From Verrucomicrobiota bacterium (GTDB lineage: Bacteria > Verrucomicrobiota > Verrucomicrobiia > Chthoniobacterales > JAFAMB01): a DNA stretch of 37,806 nucleotides. The notes under the pieces are model-generated. The model searched no databases. It was not told where the DNA came from and saw only the letters and a list, made by a program, of their open reading frames with translations. The translations under genes and the position numbers were made by a program. The number at the start of each line of letters is the position of its first letter. Position 1 is the first letter of the stretch. The stretch spans positions 1 to 37,806 of the forward strand of contig JAFAUY010000327.1 of NCBI GenBank assembly GCA_019243005.1. The letters run 5' to 3'. Shown piece by piece: positions 34,873 through 37,806 of this stretch.

Positions 34873-35757
34873 ATGGCGATTTCTTACCTACATGGTCCGG
34901 AAACGGCAGGGATGGCCTGTGAGGTGAACCCGAAAATCATTTTCTTTGAAGAAACGCGCCGGTTTAAAATCGCCTCAGACGCTTTAGGCATCAAGTTTTC
35001 GGTCTCTCGCGCCAGGGTTCGTCGCCGAGGCGGCAAGGCACGCAAACCACCCTATTTTGCCTGTTGCTACAACGTGGGCAACCTCGGCAACGTAAATATC
35101 GTCGCTTTCTTTTACCCGCTGATGGCGGACTGGGAACTGATGGACAAAGACGGCGAGGGCTATCGTCAGCGCATCCGGTCGGCTCTTCGCGAAGAAATGA
35201 TCCACGCCATCCAGGTGATGGCGGTCAGAGACCGTTACCAGGCTTCGCCGGAGCTGAGGCAACGTTTCAAGACAGCGGAAGCCTATTACGAACAGCTCCT
35301 GGGCCGGATCATCGACGAACTCGCCACGACCCAGGAGGGCCACGATGCCGTTTTGACGGCGGCGAAGCTCTACTACGAAGATTGGACGATCGATTCTCTG
35401 GAGAAACTCCGGCAGACGGACAAACGGCTCCACGGACGCGATGGGTACATGGCCAGCGAGCTGATCCGGCAACTGGTACAGATCCGGTTCGGGGAACTCA
35501 CCAGTGAGGAAGCCAAAGGCAAGGCCTGGGACCGGTACCGCCTGTTCTCGACGGGTCCCTTCGGCACGACCGAAAACCTGCTCAAATCAATGGCGGCAAA
35601 GTTGCGCCAGGCGGCGCCGGCTTTAGTATCCTTGAGTCCGGCACTGGCGGAAACGTTGGCCGAAATTGAACGGACGATCTGCACGTTGCGGCAGGTGGAT
35701 GCCGCCCGGGCGGGGATCATGCAGAAACCGGTGGCGGCGACCGTCTTGGTGAGTTGA
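34873..35757 (+). CDS. Hypothetical protein of unknown function
   Basis: ORF 34861..35757. I recognise no family. The C-terminal two-thirds look helical. The only motif-like element is REEMIHAIQ. It is preceded by an AT-richer 120-nt spacer, and its stop overlaps the next start. Confidence 0.5.
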   Translation: MAISYLHGPETAGMACEVNPKIIFFEETRRFKIASDALGIKFSVSRARVRRRGGKARKPPYFACCYNVGNLGNVNIVAFFYPLMADWELMDKDGEGYRQRIRSALREEMIHAIQVMAVRDRYQASPELRQRFKTAEAYYEQLLGRIIDELATTQEGHDAVLTAAKLYYEDWTIDSLEKLRQTDKRLHGRDGYMASELIRQLVQIRFGELTSEEAKGKAWDRYRLFSTGPFGTTENLLKSMAAKLRQAAPALVSLSPALAETLAEIERTICTLRQVDAARAGIMQKPVAATVLVS

Positions 35758-36953
35758 ATGCGATTGTGGACAACTTCGAAGCGAGGCTGGAACGCTTCGC
35801 CGCCACTTTGCCGGAGACACGGCGACACCTTCACCGCTACCCTGAGTTGAGCGGGGCGGAGTTCGCCACGACCGCCTACCTGAGCGAAAGATTGGCGCAG
35901 GCCGAAGTTCCTCACCGGGTTGGGCAAGGTAACCGCGGCGTGATTGCTGAACCGGCAACGGCCGCCCGGTCCTCCGGTACGCCCCTCATCGCGTTACGGG
36001 CCGACATCGACGCCTTGCCCATCGAGGAGGCGAACCCGGTGGAGTACCGTTCACGGCATCCGGGCGTCATGCACGCCTGCGGGCATGATGCGCATACCTC
36101 CATCCTGCTGGGGTTGACGCTTTCTCTTCACCGCGCGCAGGGGTTGCCGGTGACTTGGCGGGCCATTTTTCAGCCGTCCGAAGAAGTTGGCCAGGGGGCG
36201 CTCGAAATGATCCGTCAGGGTGCGCTGACCGGGGTTGAAGCCGTGGTGGCACTCCACGTCGACCCGAATCGGCCGGTCGGAACCGTCGGCGTCACGCCCG
36301 GGCCGCGCACCGCGTGGTGCCAGGATTTCGCCATCGAGGTGACCGGACGCGGCGGGCATGGCGCCAGGCCGCATAACACCGTGGACCCGATCGCCGCCTC
36401 GGCCCACCTGATAACCCTGATCTACCAGGCCTTGCCGCGTCAGAACGATGCACGGAACCCGGTCGTCGTTACCATCGGCGCCATCCAGGGGGGCCATGCC
36501 TCCAACGTTATCCCGGATCGCGTTTCCTTGAAGGGCACCGTCCGGTCCATCGATCAGCCGACGGCCGAACGCGCGCACGACTGTCTCCAACGCCTTTGCG
36601 CGAGTGCCGCCCAGGCTTTCCAGGCGTCCGTCGCCCCCGCGTTTGAACCGTTGCTTCCGGGGCTGGTCAACGAGCCTGCGGTCGCGAAAATTTGTGCCGG
36701 CGCCGCCCGTGAACTGCTCGGGGAGGCCGCCGTGGCCACGGATGACCGCGTCAGCATGGGCGCTGAAGACTTTGCCGAATACACGCGGCTGGTTCCCGGC
36801 TGCATGATCAGCCTCGGGGTGAACACGCCCGGGCGCCCCATCACTCCCCTTCATACCCCCACGTTCGACATCGATGAACGAGCCCTCCTGATAGGAGCGC
36901 GCCTCCTGGCGCGGGTGCTCTTGCGCTGGCCAAGCGCCTCCCTCAGTCATTGA
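35754..36953 (+). CDS. M20D family amidohydrolase (N-acyl-amino acid amidohydrolase / hippuricase-like)
   Basis: LHRYPELSGAEFATTAYL, ALRADIDALPIEE, HACGHDAHTSILLG, GAEDFAEY. Start is TTG 35754 (or GTG 35766), overlapping the previous stop. Confidence 0.85.
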   Translation: MNAIVDNFEARLERFAATLPETRRHLHRYPELSGAEFATTAYLSERLAQAEVPHRVGQGNRGVIAEPATAARSSGTPLIALRADIDALPIEEANPVEYRSRHPGVMHACGHDAHTSILLGLTLSLHRAQGLPVTWRAIFQPSEEVGQGALEMIRQGALTGVEAVVALHVDPNRPVGTVGVTPGPRTAWCQDFAIEVTGRGGHGARPHNTVDPIAASAHLITLIYQALPRQNDARNPVVVTIGAIQGGHASNVIPDRVSLKGTVRSIDQPTAERAHDCLQRLCASAAQAFQASVAPAFEPLLPGLVNEPAVAKICAGAARELLGEAAVATDDRVSMGAEDFAEYTRLVPGCMISLGVNTPGRPITPLHTPTFDIDERALLIGARLLARVLLRWPSASLSH

Positions 36954-36967
36954 CCACCGACCGCCTT

Positions 36968-37806
36968 ATGCTGATCAAAATCGGATATGATATCGCCCTG
37001 AGCCTGCCATTCCCGACGGCCATCATTTACCTGCTGCGCGTTCATCCCGAACGTGAGGCCGACTTAACCGGAGACGAGCTCTTCCGAATAGAGCCCGAGG
37101 CGCCGATAACGCATTATTACGATGCGTTCGGAAACCATTGCGGGCGGGTCAGCGCCCCTGCCGGCACCATTCGCTTCCTCAACGAAGCCGTCATCCGCGA
37201 TGGCGGACTGCCCGATGCCTACGCGCCGGACGCGGTTCAGCACGACGTCCGGGACCTGCCGGTCGAAACCCTGCGATTCCTTTTGCCAAGCCGGTATTGC
37301 GAAGTCGACAGCGAGCTCCTTGATTTCGCATGGCAGGAGTTCGCGAACACGCCGCCCGGTTGGGCAAGGGTGCAGGCCGTGGTCGATTTCGTGCATAAAC
37401 ACTTGCGATTCGATTACCTGCAGGCCCGCTCCACCCGCACCGCGCTGGATGCTTTCCGGGAAAAGGTCGGCGTATGCCGCGATTTCACCCATCTCTCGAT
37501 CACGCTCTGCCGTTGCCTGAACATTCCGGCCCGCTACGTGACCGGGTACCTCGGCGACATCGGCGTCCCGCCCGCGCCGGATCCCATGGATTTCAGCGCC
37601 TGGTTCGAAGTTTTCCTCGGGGGCCGTTGGTATTCCTTCGACGCCCGCCATAACCGGCCACGCATCGGCCGCATCGTGATCGGACGAGGACGGGACGCCG
37701 CCGATGTCCCGATCACCATGGTCTTCGGGCGCCACCAGCTGGAAAAATTCACCGTGATCACCGAAGAAGTCAAAGAACCGAGCGAAGTCCAGCCCGTTAC
37801 CGCCTG
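36968..37806 (+). CDS. Transglutaminase-like family protein (Bact_transglu_N plus transglutaminase core), 3'-partial
   Basis: Absent from the supplied ORF track because it has no stop within the window. My translation from ATG 36968 gives MLIKIGYDIALSLPFPTAIIYLLRVHP...YYDAFGNHCGRV...GVCRDFTHLSITLCRCLNIPARYVTGYL...FSAWFEVFLGGRWYSFDARHN... Confidence 0.8.
   Translation, partial: MLIKIGYDIALSLPFPTAIIYLLRVHPEREADLTGDELFRIEPEAPITHYYDAFGNHCGRVSAPAGTIRFLNEAVIRDGGLPDAYAPDAVQHDVRDLPVETLRFLLPSRYCEVDSELLDFAWQEFANTPPGWARVQAVVDFVHKHLRFDYLQARSTRTALDAFREKVGVCRDFTHLSITLCRCLNIPARYVTGYLGDIGVPPAPDPMDFSAWFEVFLGGRWYSFDARHNRPRIGRIVIGRGRDAADVPITMVFGRHQLEKFTVITEEVKEPSEVQPVTA

Noticed and set aside
1-37806. A search for CRISPR arrays, rRNA, tRNA, IS elements, integrases and toxin-antitoxin pairs.
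   Set aside because: I saw no regularly spaced direct repeats with unique spacers, no transposase or integrase motifs and no small paired ORFs of TA type. This was visual scanning only, so short RNAs may have been missed.

Overview
GC-rich bacterial chromosomal window of about 37.8 kb, densely coded on both strands. GC content was judged by eye, not computed. The repeat style and gene content look like Verrucomicrobiota or Planctomycetota, but that is only a guess. Most genes are housekeeping. They include a GlcD/GlcF-type FAD/Fe-S oxidase pair, a glycogen/trehalose block (treZ, an aldo-keto reductase, a GT35 alpha-glucan phosphorylase), argG, the tsaB-tsaE-thiL-CPBP protease operon, dtd, a DEAD-box helicase, a NarK-type nitrate/nitrite transporter, a quinone oxidoreductase, a GT4 glycosyltransferase, MgtC, a cell-wall amidase, a CAP/SCP protein, an M20 amidohydrolase and a transglutaminase-like gene that runs off the 3' end. 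I saw no rRNA, tRNA, CRISPR array, transposase, integrase or clear prophage. Six things stand out. (1) A membrane-anchored protein carries a coiled-coil stalk encoded by about six 66-bp tandem repeats and ends in a phage tail-collar-like domain, with no other phage genes nearby. (2) A modular intergenic repeat family has inverted copies bracketing argG and a third copy upstream of a metallophosphoesterase gene. (3) A radical SAM enzyme is translationally coupled to a metallophosphoesterase with a degenerate first metal motif. (4) A tightly packed run of glgP, TIM-barrel isomerase, RibD_C reductase, SRPBCC and an orphan ketosynthase has no ACP. (5) A fused PP2C phosphatase/Ser-Thr kinase lies directly downstream of narK. 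(6) Three short, strongly AT-rich islands sit in front of genes for secreted proteins. Every call rests on motif recognition by eye, with no database search, so family names are expert recall and start codons are approximate.
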